Of a DNA stretch of 64,000 nt, positions 50,401 through 63,413 are shown one piece after another. Source of the DNA: Acanthaster planci. Taxonomy: Eukaryota. The notes under the pieces are model-generated. The model had not been told where the DNA came from. It did no database searches and was given only the letters and a program-made list of their open reading frames with translations. Numbering within the stretch: the first letter of the stretch is position 1; every line of letters starts with the position of its first letter. The DNA lies in contig NW_019091360.1 in the NCBI RefSeq assembly GCF_001949145.1, positions 3,408,864-3,472,863 of the forward strand. Direction: 5' to 3'. Position numbers and translations under genes: made by a program.

Positions 50401-53400
50401 AGAATGAGTTGTTTCTTTGGTTGCAGGTCTTAGCTGGTTGGTGAAAAGCTAAGAGCGTTTGGTGGCGGGACTTCCAATCACATCAAATTCACATCGACTG
50501 ATGGAAAGTAACACACGAACAACGAGTTTTTGACAGGTCGGCCCCCGACCATCCACCTTCGCGAACATCGCCCCCTTCACTTTTGTGTCTTCAAGGATAC
50601 CAAAGAGACTAGCAGAGAGTATCACTATACCCAAACGGATCAAATACACGACCAAGAGGGGGAACAGTAAGGCTCCTTTGTCCCCCGTGGGATTACGAAA
50701 ACTACAGCCCTCAAAATTAGAGACGTCTGAAATATCCAATCTTGGCTCGGGGCGAAAAGTTGATTTCGCCTTTTCGGCAAATGGCAACGTAAGCCGTAGC
50801 CAATAGATACGTGTCAACAGTAGTTGTCCATCACAAAAAGAGGCACTGGAAGGCTTAAAGTTAGCAATTTGTCCGGTTTCTTACCAGTGGAAGGACCATT
50901 TAATAGCTTCTGTCGTGGGTCGTGACACCCGTGGCAAAAAAATTATGTCTTTTACGGCATTGCCACTGTTTCTAAAGCATTTGAGCAGAACGGGGACCAT
51001 GCTTTGCTAAACTTCGAGTGAAAAATTTCCCATGTTGCCATGAACGGCAAAAACAGGTCTCAGAATACCGGCAGAGGGGATGCCTGTAGTCAACCGAGAC
51101 TAACAGTAAATCGGCGGGCAGACTTCTTGCTCTGCTTTTTTTTTTTTTTAGCTCAGCCTGGCTTCTCAGCCGGGTCTGATCGGTATTCCCCAAGGGTTTA
51201 CCCTCGGTTTGTCCTGCAAGAAAACACCCTGGTGGGATCAAGCCTGTAGTTTCATGCAGCAAGCATCAATGTTGTTACTCTTTGACTATATTTAGAGTTA
51301 CCCTCCCATGGGAGGTGCACAAACTGAAGTGGTGAGCCTGGCGATTAATCTATAAAAAGCGCTTCGTCAGTGTTCCATTGTGAGATGGAGGAACGAAGGG
51401 TTCAGCACGGCCACAAGTTTTGTAGACTCTAACTTGTACCAAAGGGACGTGTTAGGGACACCCATTTTGTTGAACAAAAGCAGACCCTAGAACAAAGCAT
51501 ATCGCGTGTCGTGCGTAACACCGGTAGCCATGTTGTGACACCTGAACTAAGTGCGCGTAAGACGGAAGCAGCTGCTCCGAGAGAAGATATTGTTGACGCT
51601 TCGAGTTCGCGTGCCAGATGGTGACAACTGTAGGTAACTTCAGGAAGACTTAATTTAATACCGAATATATAAGTTCTCTTGCATGAATAAAGCAAGGTTA
51701 GGACATGCAGAGTTGTAACAGTCTACGTCGCATTGGATTGCCTACGTTCAACAGAAGGTATCTACATCATTTTAGCCTTACAAACCTGTCGTTTTCTGGT
51801 AAATTAGCTGACCATACTGGAACGTGACAGACATTCCTTTTACTAGCTCAGGAACCAAGGTGGGAAAGTTTGCTCCTTTCATCGACCCAAAAAAGGCGCC
51901 GGGAGTGCAAGAATTCCACAATGGCTAGTGTTGTTGTCAGCGTATAGAGGCCTTGACCAAAAACTTCCCAGTGCTGATCGCTGGAACCTTCTGCCTGCCA
52001 CTTGCAAAAACCATTTTGTCGACTGCTCCGGCTGATTAATGACCATGCTGACAGTGACTGACAACTACAAGATCCCGTATTTATTAAATATTTTCCAACA
52101 AAGTCACAACTGCTTTTCGAATTGACTTCTTATGTGCCGGGAGTTATGCCGACGAGTTCGCCACATTGCGTGTAGTCTTGACCCCAGACCCAAGTGCTTA
52201 TTTCTGGATTGTGTCTCCGAGATGAAGATGACACATAGCACTGATTCAGTATGTGTTCTTGAGTTTGGAATCTGATGTTCAGCTTTATACCAATCGACTG
52301 CTGGTGTATAAAAGTTTAATGCTTTACACGCACAAAACAAAATTGAGTACATGAGTCAAGGCGGAATGACATGTGCATACATACACACCATATGTTTTGG
52401 AGTGCAACATCCCTACAAAGTATTAGGCCTATTGAGTCTCCTCCTTCCTATTCGTTTTAATATCTTGGATTTTTGCCATAAATGATCCCCTTCTGCATCC
52501 GTCCCGGTATTTCAAATATTCAGAAGTTTCGAAAATCGATACGAATGAGCAACGTGACCCCGAAAAGCTGCTAATCCCGGGGATACGAGGTTGAGTGACA
52601 TGTGGGAGCCTGTTGAGATTACACCAGGATATCAGCGTGTTGTTTGTTTGACGGTGAGCTTTATACACTCGCTGTTCCGAAAATTAGCTTGAAGCTGGAA
52701 CGCCGGTTACGGGTGTCAGGTTAAGTGGATTAAACGCATGATTGTAGTAATTGCATGGAATGCTTTGACTAAAAACGGTTCTGAGTTATGGGGACCGAGG
52801 CAACCGGATGTCGGTCGAAAGGGAAATGCATTTAAAATGTGATCTCGGTGGAGCGTAAAGATTGAAATCGTTGCCGAGGAGACAAGATGTCTTTCGGTCC
52901 AATCAATAAGTGTCCTTGAAGTTGCTGAGGGGATGGTATAATTATTTAATAACTGAAAAATGCATCTGTTACTTTGGTCGGAAGATTCCCTAGAAGCGGT
53001 TAACGTATTCACAAGATATACTACAACAGCCAGAACATGAACCATCTTTGAAACTTTGTAATCATTTCAGTCTTCGACGGATTTTTCCACATTGCCAGTT
53101 GTTTGTTTGTTTGTTGTTTCCTTGCTAACGCCAGCATTATTTCGATGTCTATCTGAACAAGATTTTGCTTGCAACTCCGTAAACTGCAGCAATATTTTCA
53201 CAAATCGATTGTCTCCTTGTGCCGCACAAGAAGTCTATTGTTGTTGCTGTCAGCAGGTGAAATTTATCTAATAAAAAGAGCAGACGAACCATCCCTTGTT
53301 GATTTTACTATAAACGATCGAATATTTGACAAGACGTTTGTCCATTATCGTTGAAACCCCGACAAATGGAGCGTCCGGACTGAGAAAGAATTGCAAGGGA

Positions 53401-56400
53401 TTTTAAAATAACAACGTCATGACAAAAGCTCTTGCCCTCGCGCCAGTACGTACGGGGGGACCACGTCCACTCGTTAAATCGATCCAGGAAAGATCATTGG
53501 GCCCCATTATTTATGCATGTTACTTATCAAAACTTCACCCGTGTCATTTTCACTCGGTGTGCCCCGAAGAATAAGGCCGGCTGGTCATAATGTGATGCCG
53601 GCCTTGAAGGAGAGTCCAGCGGGTTGAATGACCGCTGAAATTCACATGTTCACTCTAAGGGCATGCCCACTTGTGTCCACACTTAATAAGTCTCTGTTAA
53701 AACATGGGAGTTGAACACGCACTTTTATGCCTATAGTTACGGACTGTTTTAATTTCTAGAAACTTTACATACCTTGGCCAAACTTGCGCATATCGCAAGT
53801 ATGGCTAAAATTAGAAGACAAAGTAAAGAAAATTGTGTGCTACATGCTTTATCAGTCGCAATAAATTAGCAGGAGTTTGCACAAAGATGGAAAAGAATTA
53901 AAATGGGTGCATTTCTTGATTTAAATTATTGAAAGGGTTCTTGCACTTTTTCTGTTATTCTCTTCGAAGGAAATCCAGATCAATAAGGAAGATTGTAGCT
54001 TTGCATTACACCAGTGGATCGAATCACAAATGTCTAAACTACTCCGCAAAGGTTGAATTCCAGATGCAGGCATTTTATTCAAAAGTGTAGTTTAATGAAC
54101 TCATCACTCAAATAGTTTCTTCTTGATCATACATCACGGAAAATTAAACAAACACATCAATTTCAGTCGTCTGTTGCAGTGTTCCCTTACAACAATCGCC
54201 ACACCTTGAAGTTGCACCGCGTCTTTGTGCAGCTCGGCGCCTTGTGGCGACGCCGTTAAAAAGCGACTTTTGTCGGTGTGTAATTGAGAAGCGACGTGGG
54301 TAGCTCGGCCCTTTTACCGTCGCGTGAATCTGTTGATTTTTTATGGATTAATTTGCGGCTCTTTTCATATCGACTCTCGGCCGGGAATGACATGCGAACG
54401 GCTGGGGTTAACTTGACGTTTGGATGGTCTCCTTGAACAAAAAGTCGTTAACGCAACGGCGTTCACACCAAAAACATTTTTCTCTGATCAGTTATGATAG
54501 CTAAGTGTCGACGTATTGGCGCCTGTTGTGCAGTGCGTTAAAATTGCCCAGAGGCAACATAAAGGCTTTTAAATTTTTTGTCTTTGTCGGTTTGATGAGA
54601 TGGGTAACAGGGATGTAGACCAAATTACGGAAAAATTCGTTTATGAAAAAGTTTGAAACTTCGAGTAAATCTCAGACTTTTTCTTTGCGACACTCATGGG
54701 AAATGTACCAACAAGTCCTTCTGTATTTTGTAGTCTGCACGTATTTTGTAGTCTAATGCCAATTTCATGATAAAAGTTGCAGGCCTGTTGTTTCATTTAC
54801 TTAGAAAAGAGTCAGGCGACTTGAAAAAAAATACATAAAGGGAGTTTGAATAGCTTGATTTGGAACCATGTACTTGTCTAACCTTAACCAACTTTTCTGA
54901 ATCGACAACCTTGCAAAGGTTGGTCGTTGTGCTTCTCGACAATTCACAACTGTCGGCAACGGGTAATTTAACACCAAATTTATCACTTCCTTGCTTTTGT
55001 GTATCTTTGGCGACAGCCGGATGAACCAAATTCACGTGCAAAGGGAAGTAAACAACATTTTAAAAGTCCTTGGCATGACTATCATTCGTCATATTCTGTT
55101 TCAATGACATGAGAGTAAGACATCGAAGTTACCCGGTACAGAGCGTGAGCGTCGGGGAGGCTGAGTGATTCTGCAAGATTTGTGGCTGTTCCGCTTAGCG
55201 CCAAATTGACAAACCACAAAGTGACAGTTGTCATTAGTTGTTTGTAGGATCCTCTGACCAAACAGGCAGACAATGCTATCCTCATTCACAGACCACGCCC
55301 CATAAAGTGCACGGGATGAACCCTCAGCTGAGACAAACAAACCCGCAAAGCCGCGCCATCCCACTAAAACGTCCCATGAGAAATGAGCTCTTCACACTCG
55401 CCGACGTCCAGCCTGTTCACTCTCCGCTTGTCTTCCTTGAAAATCGTTTAATCCCATGCTCGGTTCGACAAACGCTTTTCTTCGCTCTGTTGCTTAATGC
55501 GGCTGAGAAAGAGAAACAGTTTGCTTTGTATTTTTGTAAGTTTAATGGAAAGTGGTTGGCAAGAGGCTCACGAATTGGGTGGTATATACTGTCTCAGAGT
55601 TCGCCGAAAGTTGTAACAGTAACGTAACAAAAGTAAGCACGAATGCATGACAGTGTCAATCGGCTATTATGGGACATCGTTATTCCAAGGCTTTCTGCGA
55701 ACCCTTGAATCTCGCGAAACTTCGTGATGCATATAACTTGCAGTATCAAAGGACTTTAAATTGAAATCAGACAGAATAAAATGACTTGTAGCTCAACGTT
55801 GTTTCGCGGGTCTGAAAGCAAGCTAAATTTTTGTTATAGCTCGAAGAAAAAACAATCGAAAAGATCTCCATTTTTTGGTGGCTACTTTCTTACAAAGAAA
55901 GAACATGTATCATTTGACGTTGTTACATGTACTTCGTTCAGGTAGAATACAAATTTATTCATTTTTGTGGTTTTTTTTACCGAGATGCCTTTCTCACATC
56001 AAATAAGCGAAGTTTGACAGCCGAACAAAGCCGCGGTCCAGTCGAATGACAGATGACTTAGGTTCCGATCCGACAAAAGGGAAATTACTCGCGCCTATAC
56101 CCGCCTCGGTCTGCCCACAAATCAACACTTTTTTTTCATGGATTTCCTCGAAAGTGGGATGCTCTCTTCTTCGGTTGTCAGTGCTGTTGTCTTCCAAAAT
56201 CTTCTGCGTGATCGATTCGAATCATTCGTATCTTTGTGGTGAACAGGGGGGACACAGAGAGCGAGCAGACGGCTGTAACTCGGGGATCATGTTAGGCAAC
56301 TTGTGCATACAACTTGTTTGCAATCGGAGAGACTGCCGTAATATAAAAAAAAGTCATTGTGTTTAACATACTTTATTTCTTTCTACTGCTTGTAGCTTCT

Positions 56401-59400
56401 CTGTGAGCTTTCCAACTTTTCAAAATAAAGGCAGTAATATTACCGTCAGCATGTCTTTGCGGCAACATTCTCAACGGTAAAAAAAGTTCCTGTACAGTAT
56501 GAAGGAGAACATAGCTTCGCGCTTTCTTACACGGAGCGCCTGTTGTGCGTGTGCCATCCACCAGTGTCTAGTTAGGTACAGAAACATGACTCATTGGAAA
56601 TGTCTCACAGACGATGACAATTTGACAAATTTGTTGCGATATGTAATTCCCCATATTATTGAAGAGTTATGAAAAAGTAGCAAGAACGTCTGGAAGCTCA
56701 ATTACACGACCACCGTGTCCGCAGTTCAACATGCCCGTGGGCCCGGGGTAGGCCTACTTCCTCATTCCACTATCTGACTTTTATCGCTTCAAAATGAGCG
56801 AAGTGCATGTAGATTTTCCTGACACAACGCGCTGACTGCCTTCTCTGGTTTCCTCGACCCAGAGCTAACAGCGTAAGTTCTCCCCTTTCCAGCAAGTCAG
56901 GCAAGAATAAAAACCAATTCCAGAGGGAAAATAGAGCGAAAGGGATAATCTGCAGATTTCAACAACCATTTCAAAGGCTCGCTGAATGGCTTGCCGCCGG
57001 ATCCAAAACTTTCTCCCCACAAGAATAATAATAAAAACTCCTCGCACGACAGTAATAACAATCGTGGTTTGGCAGAATACGGGGGTTTGGTGGTTGTGGG
57101 GTGACACTGAAGTTCGCTTTTTTTACGGACTCCTTCACTTGTGAATGAGTAAGAAATTGAACCCCGCGGTGGGTGTACGGCAGCCGCTTTGAAACCGGGC
57201 GAGTTTTTGTTGAGCTTGATAGCATTTTTCTCACATTCCAAACAAAAAATCGCAGCTGCGGGAAGCCAGATTTGCGAATTATGGTGGTTTTCATATACCG
57301 ACGGGCATTGTAGCAACAACATCCGTGCGGCTGTGCTCCATGCATGCAACCATGGTGTAACCTATGTCTCTGTGTTTCGCAATATCACGATTGCATATTT
57401 AATAGTACAGCTGATTTTTTTTCTGAGCAGGCCTGTGGTCATCGAACAGCTGACGAACTTTTTTTCGCAACAGTCAGCGATGACAGACATCCTATCGCGC
57501 AAGACTATTAACCGATTCGTGATGTGGCAGTTTTTAATGATGCGATCTTGGAATCTACATCATCACCGTCAACAGTAGACCGAGCAATTGCTTTTTCGGC
57601 TAAAACCTGTTTGTGGCTGAGTGACGCGACAAGACTCTACTGAAGCCTGTGCCAACCCATGACCCGCCGCGCTCTGTGTTTGCGTCGTTCCGTGAACTTC
57701 AGAGGTCAAACCATTTCAGACTTAACATGTTTAAGCCTTATGGTTTCTCAGTATATTCGCGTCTCTTTCCCCTTGGTGTTGAGAGGGGTAAATGATTATG
57801 TACACCATGCATGACTGCCACGTGAACTTGGTACACCACAAAGAACGTCGGTGTTACAAAATGAAATAAGGACACAAAATAAAATGAACACTTGGCCTCA
57901 TATTACTCATGTAGATCGATGGCACCGTTGACAAGCAAACTAATCATGATTATACAAAGGCATTTGAAAAATGTCCATGGCTTTCCCGCTGTCTTGTCTA
58001 CACTTTGGGGTTGAACTGCAGCACAGACTGTGTGGATCGACACCAGCCTCTCTCTGCCTTCACGCCTTGTAGCCCGGCTTTGTGCTGTCTTCATCCCCCG
58101 CAGGGGCAGAATGTGGATGGGGATTATGGATACAAAGTTTCCGTGCGGGTTGCCCTTTGCAAACTAATGAAATCACTTTTTTTCGAGGACCATTGTATCG
58201 TCACGTAAAAACTGTCGGCCATGACCCTATCGGTTGGAGACCCAAAACTGAATTTTTTTTTTCGAGAATGGCACACAATGCGTGCGTGTGGCGTAAAGGG
58301 CCACTGCGCTGTTCGTCTGATAAACAACGCTTGTGCGATTAGTACGACTTGCAATATTTTGGGCAAAGAAATCGTGTGGACAGTATTCTGAAACAGTCGA
58401 AATAACATCTTGCGAAATGCAAGATTTGCAACCAAACATTTACAAACATACCAGATGACATCAAGACTCGAGGCGAAATGCCAGTTTCTGAACAAATATT
58501 AGGCTTTTTCGAAGTATGGTTTATCGATTCTGACCGTAATTTATTCAAGTTTACTTATATTCTGAAACTATTTCGGAATGAGATGAGCTTCTGGTTTTCA
58601 TTTCAATTTTTAGTTCCATTATCCTCTAACTGAAATCAGTCCAACTGAAGATTTGTGTAGGGTGTGAAGGTAATACAGGCATTTCAACGGACGTGGACAG
58701 GACAAATTCAAAAACAGGGTCGGACCCACCCCCAAAACTTGGTTTAAAATATTGAACTCTGAACTTTTGCAGAATACAAAATGATAGTAAAGCTGAGTGT
58801 GGAAATTGTTAATGAACACATATTTAAAACTTCGTCACGATATCAATGATTCTCAACACCATCTGTAGCTCGTCTGTCGAGAGATAACCTTTGACCCCAA
58901 AGTGTGCAGAAAAAAACAACTTTATCCCACCTCAATAATATTAATTTGATTATCGCGCCGGCTCAAACAATCCCATGAAGTCGGTGATGATTGGAATACC
59001 AGCCGGAACGGAATAGTTCAGTCAACTTTGGTGGTTTGACAAACAGTCGTCGTACTGTTATGTGTACCTCGAGAAATCCCAAATCGCTGGTAAGTTGTGC
59101 CTTTGTGGACCCTGCACAATTCCAGTCAGTTCCTGGGGGTATGGTGTATGTTAATGTCAGCATTTATCGCATCCCCTCGGCGACACTTGTTATTTTTGCA
59201 TTACATAAAGGAAATATCAAACATCGTAAAATATGACTTATACGAGAAGAGCGTGACAGGTGATGATGAATATTCCCTCTCGTGAAAATAGCATTGATAC
59301 AACTAAGATCTTTTGTTAGATGCAGGTTACTAGCCGGTTGGGCCGGAACTTGTGCGTGAAAAGCAAAAAGTCTGGTTCAGTATTTATTGCAGGTCGATTG

Positions 59401-62400
59401 AATAACATGAACCATGCAGGAATTTATGGAACCAGAGGCTTAACGATGCTAGTTTCCACGACAAAATATTATTTTAGCGCCTACTTTCATTGGGCCTACG
59501 ATCGTACGACGATTTGAATCGTGCCGACTACACTTCACCAAGGTAATGATTTTTCCAGTCGCAGGCCTCTACGGTTGCATAAATTTGTTATTTTCAGGAA
59601 TCGAAAGCTGTGTCAATTAACAATGAATGTTATTATTGTTTACCTGGGGAACATAGTCCCCATCTATATACACCGCTCCCATCTTGAATGTCAGCAACGA
59701 ACTAAGAAAGGACATATCGTTAGCCATGTTGCTGAGAGAACAAATTTCAGTCGAACTGAGTGATGGTCACAAGAGAATGAGCCCCGGGTACTCTCAAAAA
59801 CAACCAGCCTCGAAGAGACCAATAAATCTTCCTCGGCTTAGTATAATTGCGGTGCAGCCCTCCCACCCGGCCTTTTAACTGCCCCGCCTCTTTCAAAAGC
59901 CCGGACCAGTTCCAATTTGCGCTCAGATAACCATCATTCAAGTCTCATTAACTTCGTACCGCCGCATTCAAGGGTCTGGCCTGGTAATAAGGCCATCTTA
60001 TGCATTACCCAAGATTAGCTGATTCAGATGTTCAAAAAAGAAGTTTCTACAAAAGTGGTCATAAAAACGGTGGGGGGGGGTTGCTGCCAGGGATCTCTCT
60101 TGGGAGAGGTAATGGCTTCTTGGTAATAAGCCGCTATCGATCTGTATCTCCAGAAAAGAGAAAAAAACGAGGCTTGTGTGATGTAAACGATAGTCAGGGC
60201 AGCTATTGATGGTTTGCGGGATAAAGGGAAGGTAAGATAATGTTAGGCCGAGGTTTTGAAGGCTCACATGAAATGATAGGTTCTGCGCGAGCGTTCTACA
60301 CAACAGTATGTTGCTAAAAGAACTCTTCAATCCATAGCGACCATCGAGACTTCTGCGAAGCAATATCCAATTTACTTACAACAATATGGAAATCGTTTGA
60401 AACCAAGAAGAATTGTTGATTTCACAGAACGACGTTACCCCTTCAGGAACTGCGACATCGATTTAGCGAGTGGAGGAGACTAGTTGCCGTGCCGGCACGT
60501 ACTGATCTTTCGGGGTATCAGCCAAGGTTACATAATTTGTCATGTTGGATATTGTCAAAATGATTGACACACACACACACCCAACCGGACTCGAGGCCAT
60601 CGCTCTATTTGACTTTAGGTCATTATCAATTAATTATCTCATTTTTTATCATCGAAATGTTTACTGAGAACATCGGCGTTATCTTTCTTGCTGCATAGTT
60701 GACGAAAGACGTTGCCTCCTAATTCGCTGGTCCAATGCTCAGAATATGTCACGTTGGACGGGGCGACAGAACATGCGCAAGTGCTATAGACTGAGCTATG
60801 CCGTCGGGTGATTTCGCTCGAGATGATTCGTCACCTGTCTGCATACCTAGGGCAACTTCGAATTTCGCCATCACTTTTAAATACAGCGGACTGATAACGA
60901 TGACTTTGAAACCGAATATCGCTAAAAACACATGTTGTTGCATAGAATCTACAGCAGATTAATAGAGTACATCAAAAACCTAACATTCAGATCAGTATGA
61001 AAACCATCGCAATCTGACAAGCATTCAACTTGAAAGTTCAAATAGAAACAGCTGCCAGCGAGTAATTTTCCAGTACCCTTAGGGACTAAATTTGTGAGGT
61101 ATAACTACGCAGAATAGTAACTATTTGCTTGATCCGTGAATGCGTTCTGTCAGAACTGTACGCCGCACCCTTGTCCCATACAGGACCCACGTGATACAAC
61201 GTCAGATCGTGTTGAAAGAAGCGATTAATCAAGGTTGTTGGAGAGGGAACCAGTTGCTATTTAGAGTCGAGGGACTCAATGTGAACGCTCAGCTTCGGAT
61301 TTTTAACCGGTATGGATTCGTTTGGCGCTCGTTTCTGACAAAGTCTGGATGCATTTGCGGCCATGTTTGTTTCCCCACAGCGCACGCTAAAGAAAGTAAT
61401 TTTTCCTACCTTCGTGCCGTCACGGTTCGAGTCAACTCATTAATAGTGGAATATTTTCGTCCAATGAAACTGACCTTTGAAAGTTCGGGCTCATGAAGTT
61501 TTTACCCTTTTAAATAATTGGCGAGACCTAACAGGAAAAAATCCCAGAAAAACTCCTAGGACTTGCGTGACTAGAATGGTGACTTGAAATATCTCCTGTG
61601 CGTATGTGGTAATGACATAACTTCCTCACAAAGCACCGATGCCTTTGGTACTGTAGTTGTCGTACTGTGATGTTCATGATCTTCACATAGCGTGCATCAT
61701 AGTTTATAACAGGGTTGTGGAAGAAAGTCTAATCAGCATATCATGAAACTGGTCAATTATCATTTCCTGGCAGAGTACAGATAGTGTGTGATGCTAAGCT
61801 TTTAAAAATGGGGAAAAATAATGTGAAAATGCTTATGCGATTTGTGAACAATCCTCGCTGTTGTCTTCAAATTTTGACCTCCGGCCGTTACCTCCAGCGG
61901 TAAAGGGTGCTCCCTTGATCCCCTCCCTCGTTGCACCATTGCATCTTCTGATAGTCATCATCTTTGGCTGTTTTCAATGACAAACACTGAACTCTTTTGC
62001 CTCATTTTGGTCACTGTAGTCGCCCCTGAGACCAAAATATCGTTTTACAAACACATCAATCTCCGCTCCCGGTACCATTGCGTCTTCAGGTACGGGATCT
62101 TCCGACCTCCAACAGCGATAAACTGTTCTGGTTCATTTTGTAAGTTTCCCCAATTCGGAAGGGCCCAAAGCAATTGACTCATGAACTGAAATGTGTACTT
62201 GGACTCCAGCCACATTCCCCCCGGCGATTACAAAAATGTCGGCCTTGACGACTGCCTACGCTCAGTCGTTCTGCTTGCTGTTTTTACATTTGGACAAATG
62301 GCCAACTTCAAGTGCAATTTTCGAATCAAGACATTAATGTCTATGTATATTGAAAACACCACGTGTGCCACATCTCTGTTTGCATGACCTGGACTTTTCA

Positions 62401-63146
62401 TGTCGAATTCTAAGTGGCTATTGTTGCTGGTCGTCTTGATATACCACATAAAATATCGATTTTGAGGTTTGTCTCTGATAATGAAGTCGCAACATAAATT
62501 TGACATATTCTGCAGGTTTCTTTTCAAACAGTAACTGTGACCATAATATTAGGTCTATGCCATGTTTTGACATGATTGTTTACGATAAACTTTCGTTAAC
62601 AACAAAATAATTCTGTTATTTGACAGATGTTCTTGCCATAATGCTTCGAATTTCGTTTAGCAATCAATCAAGAGGAAGTAATTGTACGTCAGTCTTTCAG
62701 TTCTACAAACCTGTTGTTCAGAAATTTAACTCACACAGGCTATTAATGAGACCCGAGGAACCAAGTGCATGGAGCTCCTAGATATGTGAGAGTTTGCTAC
62801 AACACATTAGAGGGATCGATTTTTCCGATTCCGTAATCCTTGTTGTTTACAAGACCCCATGATATCGATGACCGCCCAAGAGAGCAGTACATGCAACCTT
62901 GGGTGACAGACACCGTCAAGACAACGCGTCCCGCCCGCTGCAAAAACCCGTCCAAGTGAAAAAAAAATTAATGCCGACCAACCGACGTACATGTACTTGA
63001 ATTCGGCAAAACTATTACAGCAACAGCTAAAACACGCAGAGATAAAGAGTGACTTACCACCAAATTCCCGAGGCGTAAACGTGCCCGATTCTCACTGTAA
63101 AACTCCCAAAGATGAGACATATTGACAGCCACGCTTTTAACTCCAT
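43922..63146 (-). CDS. WNT3: Wnt3 (Wnt-3/3a subfamily secreted ligand), complete spliced CDS, 5 coding exons, 366 aa
   Basis: Manually spliced exons of 89+242+140+150+480 nt = 1101 nt. All introns are GT..AG with phases 2,1,0,0 and the frame is open from ATG to TAA. Subfamily-type motifs match vertebrate Wnt3/3a as I know them: IWW at the end of exon 1, IPG..QLRFC, VAEG...[43 protein letters not shown] (lipidated Ser), [29 protein letters not shown], and C-terminal HTCK. Confidence 0.95.
44765..44914 (-). CDS. WNT3: Wnt3 coding exon 4
   Basis: Acceptor aatttgcag|ATA and donor AAG|GTAAGG. Encodes [50 protein letters not shown]. Confidence 0.92.
45466..45605 (-). CDS. WNT3: Wnt3 coding exon 3
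   Basis: Acceptor gggtgcag|GT and donor CAG|GTACCT. Encodes (G)[46 protein letters not shown]. Confidence 0.92.
45935..46176 (-). CDS. WNT3: Wnt3 coding exon 2
   Basis: Acceptor taatttcag|G and donor TTC G|GTAAGG. Encodes [80 protein letters not shown]. Confidence 0.95.
63058..63146 (-). CDS. WNT3: Wnt3 coding exon 1 (signal peptide [30 protein letters not shown])
   Basis: ATG at 63146, hydrophobic N-terminus, ends TGG TG|GTAAGT (consensus donor, phase 2). The split Trp codon is completed by the first G of exon 2, giving the typical Wnt WW motif. Confidence 0.9.
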
Positions 63147-63405
63147 TGTGCAGCGGAATATTCCCGTCACAAAGTTCTCCAGAAGTTGAGTTCCACAAAA
63201 ATGCTTCGCTCGTCGCCGTTGAACTCCGGATCTGCTCGGGAAAAACACAACCAACGCGCCCTTGGGAAAAAAAAATAATGACTGCACTCCAGAAGTTTTT
63301 CGCCGACTGATTCTACTCTTCTCGACACAAAGCAGGCAGCCGATCCATAAAGCGACACACAAAACCAAATTTCCTACTGTGTTTGCGATACCAGCGGACT
63401 TTTGG

Positions 63406-63413
63406 TTTTTATA
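63406..63413 (-). promoter_or_regulatory. Candidate TATA box of Wnt3 (TATAAAAA)
   Basis: Minus-strand GTATAAAAACC about 260 nt upstream of the Wnt3 ATG, with an Inr-like CAGT about 35 nt downstream (63376-63379), in CpG-rich context. Confidence 0.5.

Noticed and set aside
19623..54754. Short tandem duplications (19623-19660, 22006-22035, 54723-54754)
   Set aside because: Two-copy 15-19 bp duplications are typical slippage or repair products with no sign of function.
41837..59990. Exact 15-bp match CTGGCCTGGTAATAA at 41837 and 59976
   Set aside because: A few 15-mer matches are expected by chance in 64 kb, and the flanks do not align.
63147..63368. In-frame N-terminal extension of Wnt3 in the ORF track
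   Set aside because: It starts at TTG, not ATG, and would bury the signal peptide. ATG 63146 gives a normal Wnt N-terminus.
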